64,000 bases of DNA, taken from the NCBI RefSeq assembly GCF_009914755.1, contig NC_060930.1. One strand, written 5' to 3'. This document shows positions 1 to 13,304 of this stretch, in pieces. The stretch is from the human T2T-CHM13v2.0 reference genome, Homo sapiens. Position 1 is the stretch's first letter; every line of letters starts with the position of its first letter. Below the pieces are notes generated by a model. It was given only the letters and a program-made list of their open reading frames with translations, was not told where the DNA came from and searched no databases. The position numbers and the translations under genes are program-made.

Positions 1-769
1 AAAATATTCTTATTCTTCAGTCAAAGTAAAGAGATAAAATGAGTAGATCTCAAAAATATCAGTTCATATGTTTGTGTGTTTGTGTGGAAGCAGGAAAATA
101 CTGATACAAGAAAAAGGAGAAAAAGTATCAGTGAAAGGAAAAGTAGTTAATCTTAAAAAGAGTTTGGAAAGTGTCAGGTAAAAGTTTGAGAAAGAGAAGT
201 GGAGATAGAATGCGATTCTTACAGAACCAATAGGCTACTTTCCATGAGGTCTACCAAATATCAAAGTGGAGATATGCTTCTCTCTGCTTAATCTGAGTTT
301 AGGTTATGTATGCGGGGAGGTGAAGAGGAAGGTTTGCTAAATGCTCCCAACACTCATAACACCTGCTGATAGGAGTCAATATATTTCAGCCTTTTGCCCA
401 AAGCTGCAGTTTAGTTTGGTGGGAATCAATACAGATCCTGAGCTGATGTGCCTGTATTTGAATTCCAGCACACTGGGCAATTTATGAAATTTCTACATCT
501 TGATTTTCTTATCTAGCAATTAGGGTAATGATATTCTTTTGAGTTGATTTGGGAACAATGTTAGAAAATTCATATAATGCACAAAGCCTGATACATTGAT
601 AGGCTTTAATTGGAGTGGTGGTGGTGGTTGTACAGGTTGTGAGTATTAACACAGTTCTGGAAATGTAGAGGTGGTGACATTTCCCAGCTGACATGCTGCC
701 TGCAGACATCAGCAGTTTGATCCAAAAGGCTGTATATTTTGTAGGGATTGGGCCTGGGGTTCAGGGGCA

Positions 770-990
770 TTAAGAACTTTGGTTCTCTTGTTCACCTTTG
801 CTTCTATAGAGCATATCCACTAACTGTAGAACCTTCAGAAAATTACATAATCTCTTTGATTCTCAATGTTCTCACCTGTAAAATAGAAATTAAAATAGTG
901 AACCTTCCATCAAAGAAGGTTTTATGAGAACAACTATATATACTTATTACTGTAATAAATGTGCAAGAAGAGCTGAATTTATATTAGTTA
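770..990 (+). mobile_element. MIR SINE fragment
   Basis: MIR core-like 'actaactgtagaaccttcagaaaattacataatctctttgattctcaatgttctcacctgtaaaatagaaattaaaatag'; boundaries approximate. Confidence 0.7.
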
Positions 991-2119
991 TTGTGGTTAC
1001 TGCTACAACATCTACTACTACTGCCATAGATGATCCCCTTGTGACTGCTCAGTCTGTGAGAGTTTTTCTACCTTTTAATTCTTTTTAACTTGGAAAAGCA
1101 TTTAAAGACTTCAATAATATGCTTCTATGCTGACCTCTCCACTAATTCTGAAAGAAAAAGAATTACCAATAGCAAATGCATTTAGAAAAATTAACAAAAA
1201 TCCCAGACAAAAGAATCATAAGAGAGCACAGATTTAAAATGTAGGAATATTGTGATTTGCAAATCAGAATATAACACTAATTTGCTGACCCCACTATGCG
1301 AACAGCAAATGCTATATTTTGACCAAGTTAAAAAACTCTTTCTTTCTAAATCACTTGTTTTGAAAATAATTGAAAAATAATCTAAATTGTATTTTATAAC
1401 TTATAGGCCTATGTTATTTTATTAAATATGCCTAACTCTAAATCCTTTTCTTCATTATATTAAAAATTGCATGATGATAAAGACTGGTTTCACAATCTCA
1501 GCATTGATCTCAACACCTGAACATAGTAGGCACTGAATAGCCTTTCTTAAGAAAGAACAAATGAATGAATAAAAAAGAATATATTAGAATATTCTGTCAA
1601 TTAAATCATAATGTAACAGCTTTTTAAAAGCTCTTTCTGGCATTTGAGATCAAAATTACTCCTTACATCTTATCTGGCAGCACTATAACCTGTGGACCTT
1701 CAAATGTTGACATTCTGAGAGTGTGTAAAATGGATTACGGAAAAGCCAGCCAGATTCATACTTATTTGTGCTACTCCACCATTCCCCAATAGACCCCAGA
1801 TGGTCTTACTCTTTCGACCTTCAGGACTAGCTAAATAATACCAAATAGTCCCAAATGAATTAGAAGCATCGGGGCAATTTAATACATGAGGTCATGTATT
1901 TTATCACTTACTATTAACATCTGCTGTTCTAATTTGCATATTTAAATTAAATGTTTCATCCTATTCTAGCCGGGATTTATTTTCATACATTTTGAATTTA
2001 AATAAATAATAGTTATTATAAAAGTTTTAATACTTTCCCTTAGATGAGCAGGTTTGGAGTGCTATGCGTGATGTGAAATTTAAGAACACTAGTAAGTGTC
2101 TTTGCCCGAGCTCTCCTGT

Positions 2120-2320
2120 GCTGCAGGCACTGTGCTGACCTCCTGATATTCTTGCAATGCTTAAGATACCCCAAAAGCCAGATGTTACAGATGTTACTAC
2201 AAATGAGAAAACTGAGTATCAGGGAGGTTAAGTAATTTCTTCATGGTCACATGGCTAATAATCTGGGAGCTGGAATTTAAATCTGAATACCTCTAACTTC
2301 AAAACCTATACTTTTCTCAC
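2120..2320 (-). mobile_element. MIR SINE fragment
   Basis: 'tacaaatgagaaaactgagtatcagggaggttaagtaatttcttcatggtcacatggct...ggaatttaaatc' matches antisense MIR core. Confidence 0.75.
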
Positions 2321-2555
2321 AATTTCATCATCACTAGAGGTGTTTGCTGAAAGTAACAGTTTCTCTACAGAAGGACAATTAAAGTAACTAAGATTATATG
2401 TATTTGATATGCCAGCTTTGGATGGTACACCTGATTTAGTAAGCAAAAAGCAATTTCTGGAAGGATATACGTGACTTATGTAACCTACCTAAGGAAAGCA
2501 GTAACTCATCTATACAAAAGTCATAAGGGAGGATTAACACTAATGAGCAGTGCCA

Positions 2556-2680
2556 GTTCATTTAATACATATTCATTAAACATCTACTATATGTCAGGCA
2601 CTGTGTGAGAGATCTGCAGAAATGAAGGCAAACACATGTGAAACAGGTTTCAGTGAGTGAGAGCTTACAAGTGAATGAGA
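2556..2680 (-). mobile_element. L2 3' end fragment
   Basis: 'ttcatttaatacatattcattaaacatctactatatgtcaggcactgtg' is typical of an antisense L2 tail. Confidence 0.6.
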
Positions 2681-4656
2681 ATCCATGGACCTGTAAACTT
2701 GTGAAAACGAGGCTTGCAGGTGCCTTTTTCACTGCAAGAATGAACATGTGGGTCTTGGTACCTCACATGAACAAGAATGGGAAATAACTAAACCTATTGA
2801 AATAAAGGCTTGAACAATCAGATGAGAATGAAATAATTCCACCAGAGGAAAAAATTAATCAAAGTGAATGAGGTAGGTTAGATTATTTTTTGACTCTGGC
2901 TCCCACAGCATGTGTCTAAGCAGCCTGAATGTTTTCCTCCATATATTCTCTATTCTACTCCATCTTTTATCAGCTTCATTGGTCAGGAAAGTAAGTGGTT
3001 GTTGTATCAATATATTTCTTATATTAAGACCATCTGCCAGCTCAATTACTCGAATCCATTCTCACAGTATGGAATTTCTCGGAGGAGTAATTCTATTGTA
3101 ACACTGCAGAAATTATATAAATGTCCTATGAGACCAAGAGCTTAGAAATATTCAGAATGACAATCGCTTATATCGTAAAGAGATCCGAAATGTACTGTTG
3201 GTTTTTTTTTGTTCTGTTTTTTTCCCTAGACTTCAGAATCTTGTTTTGATTTTGACATCTTAAAACTACATTTTGTGCTTTTGTTTATTCAATTTAATTT
3301 TGATGACATAATAAATTCACATTGTCAAAATTATAAAGGCACAACAATGTATAGAACATTTAAAGGCAGTATTATTTAACGAGAAAAGTAGTGGTAGAAG
3401 CCAAGAAAAAATCTATTTCTGTCTCCTTTAACTCTGTGAGCATTACCTCTATAAACCTAAGTTTCCTCATCCCCAACAGGACAGAACTAATTGCAGGAGT
3501 TGTAGCTGGGATGTTAATGTCAGGGAAGGCTTTTTTTTCTCAATTATTGACCTACCTGATGCTTTTCCTCCATGTACAATTTTTTAATTCAAAGTAGACT
3601 GTTAAAAAATGCAAATACATTTAACACTTATTGTGTGACTTAATACCAAGATAGAAAATAAACGGTAAGAAATATAGTTTTATGCATAAAAGTGTATGCT
3701 TGGTAGAAATTCTCATTTAAAAGAATGGATAATGTAGAAAATAATCATTTTTATCCAGAAAAGAAAATACACCCAAAATACAGTGCCAGAAATTTAATTT
3801 AAAGACACCAAATTATTATTGCATATATGAAACCCTGGTAAATATACTGTTGGAAGCTATGAAATTCTTTTATCTCAAAGTCTTTACAATTGTTCTTGTT
3901 CAAATAAATATTGGATCAATTCAGACCTGTTTCAGAAAGCATATTTCTTTTGTTCTTTTTCAAGAAAATGCAATCTTCACATTTAAGTCAAGTGGTAATA
4001 TCCTTTAAAAAAATTTGTGTTTCAGCAAAAAAATGAGTTTAATAACTATCTGAGTTCAGCAGTTCTATACTGCATATTGCAGGTTTTGGCTAGGAAATTA
4101 GTATATGCCCAGGTTTTTAGGAGTAGGTTTCAGTGCAGTCCTGCGGGGAAATAGGGATAAAAAGCAGGTGACCTCTGGTGCTCTCTCCCATAGCTGAAAG
4201 TCTGTTAGTTTACATTCGTTAAGCTGTTGATGTGTTCAAAGCACTCTAACTGATTATACGCTTTTTTTCTCCTGGGATGGTGTTCTCTCTGGGCAAAGGT
4301 GAAAAGCAATTAAATCCAAGTCGAGACTCTGTTATTTTTCTCCTGAATTCTCTCCCTGCTCCAGTTGACACCAGGCAGCAAAGACCATCTTGGGTAAAGC
4401 CCACTGAGCAACCTCTCTTTATTCCATGGACAAGAAACTGGCTGGAGAGAGGTCACAATTCTTTTTTTTTTTTTTTAATGTGCCTAATGTGAATGTATGT
4501 AGTTAGTATTTATTTTGTGAGGGTTAAATCTGATTGCAGAGGTTGATGGGGTCATGTTGCTTTGCCCTGGGCAAAAGTCCAAAAGCCGTTGGTAAGATCT
4601 GAGTTCAAGGCTGAGGAAAGAGCATGTTCTTCTGAGCCTTAAGAGCTGCCATTCTT

Positions 4657-5128
<472 letters not shown>

Positions 5129-8100
5129 CTATTGTTTTAGCAATAGGTATAAATATAAAAATTATGAAAAGTCTGCCACTTGTGGATATAGCTTTAAGTG
5201 CAAGGGGCCCACTCTATTCATAATTACCTAGAAATGAAAAGAACATTTCAGACACCTAGAGTAGACTAGTTCTGTAGACAGCCAGTCTTGAATGAGTTTA
5301 AGATTCCAATATTCCCAGATTTATTTACCAAATGCTGTGCTTTTGAAACCATCATTATTATGATTTTTAATGGGTTATTTCAAGAAAACTTTCCTAAGTG
5401 ATAGCACACGAAGAAAATGCTTGTGTTTATAAAGTACCACGGGCTTTACAAACAAGGCAGAACAATTGCTGCAGGAATTCTGGCCACTCCTGGCCTCTGC
5501 AACTACCCCAAAATATTTAGGTGAATATTCATCCAACTTGTAACTCACTAGGAGCACACAGGTGTGTTAGTCAATGAAGTAAATCATTGGGAGAACATAA
5601 AAAACTGATCATTATCTTTCTTTTCATCATCAGGGATTCATTGCCATTTTAAACACTATCATTAAAGAAGAGTGAGCAGGAACAAACAAAACTTTTGATG
5701 ATAGCTGAAAATTATATACAAGAGCACTGGAACAGGCAACCTTCATGTATATGATGAGTTCTAAAATGTGTGCGCTTCATTTGTATGGATGTACTTGTTA
5801 ACATAGATTTCAGGGGTGTGTGTGTGTATGTGGGCATTGGAATTTCAAAATGAGGGAAAAGAATCCCAATAAATGAAACCTCTATTTTCTTTTGTTTTGG
5901 CCCAGCCCTGGTTTCTGTACCCACCTCTAACATGATCAAAGGTTCTCCAGCACCATATAAACACATCATAATCATGCCTGAAGCTGAGTCTGAGCAGAGT
6001 TTTGAAGCTGATGAGTAAAGCATAGACCATTCTAAGAAAAGTGAAATAAAATAAAAGAAGTATTATGTGGCAGAAATGGCTGGAGCTAGGACACTTATAA
6101 ACAAGGGCATTGAGAATGTCAGGAGAAGGAGGACGGCAACTGAGATTAGATGGCTCCTCCCTTTGGCTCTCCTCACCATTAGCCAGAAACTTTTAAGTAG
6201 GCATGAGACTTATTCATGGCAGACCTTAGTCTCAATATTCATTGGTGATAGCACTAAGGGTTATTGAAGACACCTTCATAAACCTACATTACTTTCAAGG
6301 ATCCCACAGAGGATTGCAGACATTTTAGAAAATGCTAAAATAACAATAGTATAAATGCAGAATTCTGAAGACAATATACAGCATCTTCACATTTCAAGAG
6401 GCCTTTGACAACAGAAGTTTTTAAGATCTTGGTAAAAGACAGATTTTTTCCCCCTAGGCCTGCTGTGCTGCAAATTTTTTCAGTCTATTGAAATTTACTG
6501 CTCTTTTCACCTAAAATCACTGTAAATGTTGTGACATGTCTAAAAATGTGTCTGCTTCTCTCCTGTTTCTTTTAGCCTCAAACTATTTTTTTTTTATAAT
6601 TTGACCATGCACTTACAAAGAGTGTATTACTATTTTTCTCACTAGGGTCTGTTATTTATTTTTCATATGAGAAATAGCTTTTTACTTGGCTTGAGTGAAA
6701 TGCCATAGATGGAGATAATCTGATCTGTAGATGAAATGCTTTGGTACGTTACTGAGGTTTTAAAAAAATAAAAAAAACCTACCTAAATAAATAAACTTAT
6801 TTGAATCAAACAAATTTGGGTAAATAAAAAAGTATGAGCCAAGTAGCCTTTTAATTATAATTGTAATGCGAAAGTAACCATATAATATTCATGAGGCTGA
6901 TTCAATCTCAGTTGATCATTATTAATTCTCCATAAGTAATACTGTTTCCTTCAATATTACTCATGCAGGAATAATAAGTATAAACTGAGATTGCCCAGAC
7001 AAACTGTGAGATACAGTCACCTTGTTCATAGTCTTTATCTTTCTCTGCCCTTAGCTGTGTGACCTGGTCAAGTTGCTTAACGGTGATGTGAGTTAACCAG
7101 TGATTTAGAATGTGAGCTCTGGTGCTGGACTTAAACCTTGGTTACACCATTTAATGGTGGTGTGAGCAAAGGCTTCCAGGTAGAGTTGGGTAGACAGTGA
7201 GTTTGCAAAGAATAAAGCAAAAGAAATTGATACTAATAAGAAGTGACTTATTCTGCCTGGGTTTCACCCCCATTAAACACTGCATATAATTATGGAAAAT
7301 GTTCCTGGAGTTGAATTCCAGGAGACAATAGGCCACTGATTTTTCTCCTAAAAGCACTTCACCCTCAGAATTAAGAAAGGACTAAAGATGTTGATGAGGT
7401 GATAAAGTTTACATCAGTCCCCTCAACATCATACCTACTTTCCCAACCATTTTACCCCTACCTTCACTTCATCCAGGCTAAGCTCTTGGGGAAATAAAAA
7501 CTATGATATACTTTTGAAACTCAAAGAAATGTCTATATAATTCCCTTTTAATATTGTAAGAATACACTATTTATTAATTTTTAAAAATTCATCATAGTGT
7601 TGAAAGCCATGCAAAGTTTCCTTCTATCATCCAGTCCTAAAAATTCTTTCATTTCTGTAGAGCAATAGTGACCATGTAAATTTGCTTTTGATGGAAACAC
7701 TTCATTATTTTAAATTGTGTGCAGGGAGAAAAAAAAGTTTGAAAGTTCTTCTCCTAAAAAGATGGACTTATACAACAGAGACATTAGAAAAAAGACAATA
7801 TAAATCAATTTTTGTCTTCCAGTTAGGTCCAAGTTTTCCAATAAGGGGTTACATTTTCTGAGTTTTCTCTCTTTTCATTAATGTGACAAGAAGCCTTAGC
7901 CTTGCTTGTACATATCAGAAAAATAAGTTCGTGGATTACACGCGGGCCTGGCTTAAAGCAGTCATTCAATCAAAAGGAAATGTTGCCTTTAAGTTTTAGT
8001 GCTTTGTTATGTTCTGTAAGAAGCCATAACCCACTTCAATAGATAAAAAGGAAGCAAATGGAGACATTGCATGAGTGTGTGTATACGTGTGTGCGTCCAT

Positions 8101-8959
8101 GTCTGTGTTACCCAAAGCAGCTTCCCTCTCCTACATTGTGAGAAGGGACCAAGGAGTTGATACAGGTTATTTATGCAAAAATCCCCCAGTCATACCAAAC
8201 TATTGAGTTTAATGAGGCCAGTTCACAACCTAAAAAAGGGATTTAATTTTTCAAATAGCCCATGTGAGAAAGTTATATAGTAAAAGGAGGAAATAACAAT
8301 CCAAAAGGTGATTAGATGAGGAAAAAAATCACTTTCAAATATTTTTCTCCCCCTAAACATCCACCTGTAGATGTAGTTTAAAAGGCTAATTGCTTGCAGA
8401 CATTTAAAGTCCAGATTTCTGACACAAAACTCAGTGGCCAATGTGTGATATGTTAAACTTCAGAGGGAAATCCAAATTAGGCTTTGCAGAGGATTAAAGA
8501 AATGTCTCATGCTCCAATATGAGTGAGTTCATGCCTTGATAAATTATCTAATGAGTTTTCAACATGCAACAAAGTTAAATATAGTAATAGAAATAGTAAG
8601 CGAAAAATCTTTTTTTAATATTTGGTTATAGGACATTGAAGCAATAACTTCTTGATTAGATATACTCATAAAAGGCAATACAAAATATAAGACCAATAAC
8701 TCAAAATAGTGTCTGTTAATTTAAATACATCATACATATTTATTCAAATGTTCTAGATGATCATATATTAAAATAAATAAATAGGGTACAGTACTGCTCA
8801 GCTTCTCAAGTCAGGTTCACAGAATGGGACTATCTTGTAAGATACAAGTATTCTAAGTTTTATAAGACTCTACAAAATACAGTCAATTATACTTTTATTC
8901 AAATACGAGAAGAAAAGGACAAACCTAAGTCATAAATGGGTTAAATGGGCTACCTATGT

Positions 8960-9280
8960 GACCAAACACTTAGTTTGAGTCCCAGTTCTGCTTTTTTCTA
9001 ACTGTATAACCTTGGGAAAGTTGTCTAACTTTTTTGAACCTTAGCTTTTCCCTATGTAACTTGTCAACTTCTTATAAAATTAAATTACAATTATTAATAG
9101 AACTATTGACCTAGAAAATCATTTTTTACATCATCTAACCCAACAGTTAATTTATAGATGATAGGTCTAAGGTCCACAGATTTAACTAATTTTCCACAGG
9201 TCACACATAGCATTATCCGCAGTGCTGGTGTACAGCCTGTGTTTTCAACATCACCATACATTGTGCTTTCTACTCCAGCA
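8960..9280. mobile_element. Two adjacent MIR fragments in opposite orientation
   Basis: + core 'ctaactgtataaccttgggaaagttgtctaacttttttgaaccttagc' (~8960-9060); - core 'tttatagatgataggtctaaggtccacagatttaactaattttccacaggtcacac' (~9100-9280). Confidence 0.6.
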
Positions 9281-9720
9281 TTCTGTCTTATGATACTTTA
9301 ATAATTACAACTCTACGTTCAGTTTCTGAGACATACATGTTAAAACTTACCTAATATTTGGTTTTTAAAATATGTTTTCTATCAACACATTTCCACAATT
9401 TGAGCTGCTAACCACACTAAACGGAAGATCCCAAATGTAACTAAAACTGTAGCTAACTTTAGTTGTATTCCTTAGTTATTGCAATCTGATAATGTATCAC
9501 AGAAATAATATCAGTGGTTTCCATTTTGTCTAAACTAATGAGTAATTTTCTGAACTATAGAATTTAGTAAGCATAATTACATACTGTCTTCTCATAAACT
9601 TTAATATAAAAATGTCAATTTATTATATGATAAAATTCCATAAGTTGTATTTCTTTTTATTAAGATATTAGGCTTAGAAAGTCAATGATATAACAGATTC
9701 CATTGAAATAAAAGATGTTC

Positions 9721-9924
9721 ACAACAGGGGAGCAAGTTGTTCAGTTTCCATGTAGTTGAGCGGTTTTAGCATTTGGAGATATACCTAATGTTAAATGACG
9801 AGTTGCTGGGTGCAGCACACCAACATGGCACATGTATACATATGTAACTAACTTGCACGTTGTGCACATGTACCCTAAAACTTAAAGTATAATAAAAAAT
9901 AAATAAATAAAAATAAAAAATAAA
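9721..9924 (+). mobile_element. Short L1PA (L1PA3/4-like) insertion with inverted ORF2 fragment
   Basis: L1 3'UTR end 'ggagatatacctaatgttaaatgacgag...cttaaagtataataaaaa' plus A-rich tail; TSD aaaagatgttc at 9710-9720 and 9925-9935; antisense ORF2 piece at 9729-9767. Confidence 0.92.
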
Positions 9925-9994
9925 AAAAGATGTTCGACTGTTTTGGATTATCCATTATTTCAAATGATTTTTCTTTCTTTTTTGTTTTTAGTTT

Positions 9995-11270
9995 TTCAAA
10001 ATAGGTGTTATTTTAAAGAGCAGTGTCAGATTCACAGCAAAATTGAGCAGAAAGTTGAGATTTCCCATGTACCATGTGTCCCTAAACATTCATAGCACAG
10101 CCTCCCTCATTATCAACATCCATCACTGGAGTGGTACGTTATTACAATTGATGAGCCTATATTGACACAATGTTATCACCCAGAGTCCTTAGTTCACATT
10201 AGGGTTAACTCTTGGTGTTGTACATTCTATGTTTGGACAAAGGTATAATGACATGTATCCACTATTATAGCAGATATGTTATTTTATGTCTTATATTACA
10301 GAGTTCAGAGCAGTTTCAATGCTCTAAAAATCCTTTCTGCTCTACCTATTCACCCCTTCCTTCCCCCAACTCCTGTAAACCATTGATCTTTTTACTGTCT
10401 CCATCAATTTGCCTTTTCTAGAATGTCACATAGTTGGAATCATACAGTTTATAGCCTTTCAGACTGACTTCTTTCACTTGGTAGTAGGCATTTACATTTC
10501 CTCCATGTCTTTTGTTTTGTTTTGTTTTGTTTTGTTTTGTTTTTGTTTTTGAGATAGGGTCTCTCTCTGTCACCCAGGCTGGAGTGCAGTGGTGTGATCA
10601 TAGTTCATTGTAGCTTCAACTTTCTGGGCTAAATCAACCCACCCACCTCAGCTTCCCAAGTTGCTGGGACTACAGGCTTGTGTCACCATGCCTGTACTGT
10701 TTTTCATTTTTTCAGACTTTTTTTGTACTGTTTATAAAATCAGAGTTTTGCCATGTTGCCCAGGCTGATCTCAAACTCCTGGGCTCAAGTGATTTGCCCC
10801 CCTTGGCCTCCCAAAGCGCTGGGATCACAGGCATGAGCCACCATGCCCGGGCCTCCTCCATGTTTTTTCATGGCTTGATAGTTCATTTCTTTGCAGTGCT
10901 AAATATATTCCATTGTCTGGAAGTACCACAATTTATGCATTAACCTACTGATGGACATCTTGATTGTTTACAAGTTTCGGCAATTATGAATAAAGCTGCT
11001 ATAAATTTGTGTGCTGGTTTTTGTATGGGCACAGGTATTCCACACCTCTGAGTAAATACCAAGGAGCATGATTACTGGACCATATGGTAAGAACATGTGT
11101 AGTTTTATAGGAAAGCACCAAACTGTCTTCCAAAGTGGCTAAACCACTTTACGTTCCCACCAGCAATGAATGAGAGTTTCCGTTGCTCCACATTCTAACT
11201 AGCAGCTGGTGTTGGTGTTCTAGATTTTGGCCATTCTAATCACTATGTAGTGACAGCTCATTATTCTTTT
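9995..11270 (-). mobile_element. L1MC1-like 3' end (interrupted by AluJ)
   Basis: 'attcacagcaaaattgagcagaaag...cattatcaacatcc...ttcccaccagcaatgaatgagag' matches antisense L1MC1/2 3'UTR and ORF2 end. Confidence 0.8.
10511..10853 (-). mobile_element. AluJ
   Basis: (TTTTG)n tail; AluJ-type 'gatcatagttcattgtagcttcaactttctgggct'; TSD tcctccatgt(c/t)ttt on both sides. Confidence 0.9.
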
Positions 11271-11484
11271 AAATAAACAGTTTTGATAAGTAATTTAGAA
11301 ATAAAGACAAGTTTGGGAGTTTAAGATATCAACATCTTGAAAAATTCTTTATAAAACATTTATATGTATTTATATAATTGGAGCTTGAACTGGTACTGGC
11401 CAAAATGCAGAACAGGTATTTTTATAGAGCTACCCATAATATTCTATATGTGAAAAACAATACTTCTTCTTTTATTTTTTTTAG

Positions 11485-11574
11485 AATGAACAGATGTCTT
11501 TCAACAAGGAACATTAAGAAAATGAATATTTGATGTCATGAAATTTGATTTCATGGAGCATCAGAAAAGCACAG
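11485..11574 (+). other. Candidate non-coding spliced exon (90 nt)
   Basis: Long polypyrimidine tract 'cttcttcttttattttttttag' and donor 'CAG|gtaaat'; stop codons in all three frames; no transcript evidence available. Confidence 0.35.
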
Positions 11575-11851
11575 GTAAATCCTCACAATTTATCTGTCTT
11601 TAAGATGTTATTTGATTTTGTTTAAGTAAATAACCAAAAACCAAAATTAATCTTAATTACATAAATTCATACCATCTCCATCATCCAACTTTTCATTTCT
11701 GTAAGATTTATTTTATCTGTAAAACATTATCAAATTAACTACATTTCTCATTTCACTCTCCAAATTCCTATGATGTATAAGTATACAAGACATACCACTA
11801 AAACTATGCACAAGTTTACACTTTGTCCTTGTTTGTTTTCTAATTTACTCA

Positions 11852-11882
<31 letters not shown>

Positions 11883-12271
11883 TGTTTTCCCCATAGTGAA
11901 CTTTGAAATAGTTCAATGGCCAGAATTATATCTTATACTTTCTTTGTATCTTCTTTAGAAAATAGCACAGTAGGAACCTTATAAATGCTTGCTGGATTTT
12001 GGAGTTAAATGTGATCATCAAATGATTTTTCAAATTAGTCATTCTGAAACCTGTTGTGAGGAAAAAATATATAAACAAATTTACATAAAGTTACAAATTA
12101 CAGTTAGTAGCTTAATATATTAGCCTTTCCAAAGTTTACTAGGCAGAAGCAAGCCTTTAGGTAAAGGAAGAGCACTATAATGATTAGGCTGTAAAGAGGA
12201 AGTTGAAGCCAGTGAACACACCCTTTGACTCATGCTACAGTGTGACTGCCTCCACAACCCATAGCCTGGAC

Positions 12272-12420
12272 CAGTGGTTCTCTTACTTTAGTGTGTATCA
12301 GCATCCCCAGAAGGTGTGTTAAAACACAGTTCACTGGATCTCACCCTCAGAGTTTTTGATTCAGGTCTCAGGTGATGCTAAGGCTGCTGGTCAGTCAGTG
12401 GGCCAGTTTAAGAATCATTG
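12272..12420. mobile_element. MER5A-like hAT-Charlie MITE (internally deleted)
   Basis: TIR-like ends 'cagtggttctc' ... 'aagaatcattg'; internal 'ccctcagagtttttgattcag...caggtgatgctaaggctgctggtc'. Confidence 0.75.
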
Positions 12421-13237
12421 GCATACACTGGTCACTGGGTCAAATAATAGCATGATAGTTAATGTGACATTAGCATTACAAATATCGTAGTATATTAATA
12501 ACATAGTATAAGCATTATAATAGTAATGGCATTAGCATATTAGCATATATGGATCACAGATGTGATACTAGAACCTAGGATCGGTATGTGTCAGGATCAG
12601 ATCTGTAAGACTGTAAGAAGCTGGCTGGTGGCCACAGAACCTATAAAGTATCCCCAGTCAAATGGAACATAGGAGCAAAACATCAAGTCAGAGAACAGCA
12701 TAAGATCAGAAGTGAAGGTGTACACAACAGTGGAAAATAGAACAGTTGTACCAACACTGGGCAATGCATACAAACTGATTCAATAGAAATACCACTGGGA
12801 CATGATGCTATGACCTGAGTTATTAAAGCACAGAAGGTGAGGAGGCAACATGCCCATGTGGTGGGGATATAAAAACCCACTGTACAAAAGCCACTTGTTC
12901 TAGAACCCTATATCTCCAGTTGCAATCTCTTTTCTTGCTCTCTTGATCTAATAAGCCCTCACTCACCATGGAACTACAAGTTTGCACTTCCCGTATGAAT
13001 TCTATTACTCTATCTTATCACCACCTTCAGACCTCAATTATTAACCCTCCCAAACTTTAGCAAGTTAAACTCTAAATCAAGCACCCAGAGAGTATAAGGA
13101 TATGTCTTCTCCTCTCTGCTTGAAAGGGAAGGCAAGCAATGATTCTCTTTAAGGTCTCTAAGGTGGCAAGCCATAAGAAATAATGAAAGGGAATATCTAC
13201 CCATGACACTGAATGATCTGTAAAAACTGACCAACCC

Positions 13238-13239
<2 letters not shown>

Positions 13240-13282
<43 letters not shown>

Positions 13283-13304
13283 AACACAGACACACACACA
13301 CACA
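13240..13304 (+). repeat. (CA)n microsatellite, interrupted
   Basis: ~20 pure CA units followed by an interrupted tail. Confidence 0.97.
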
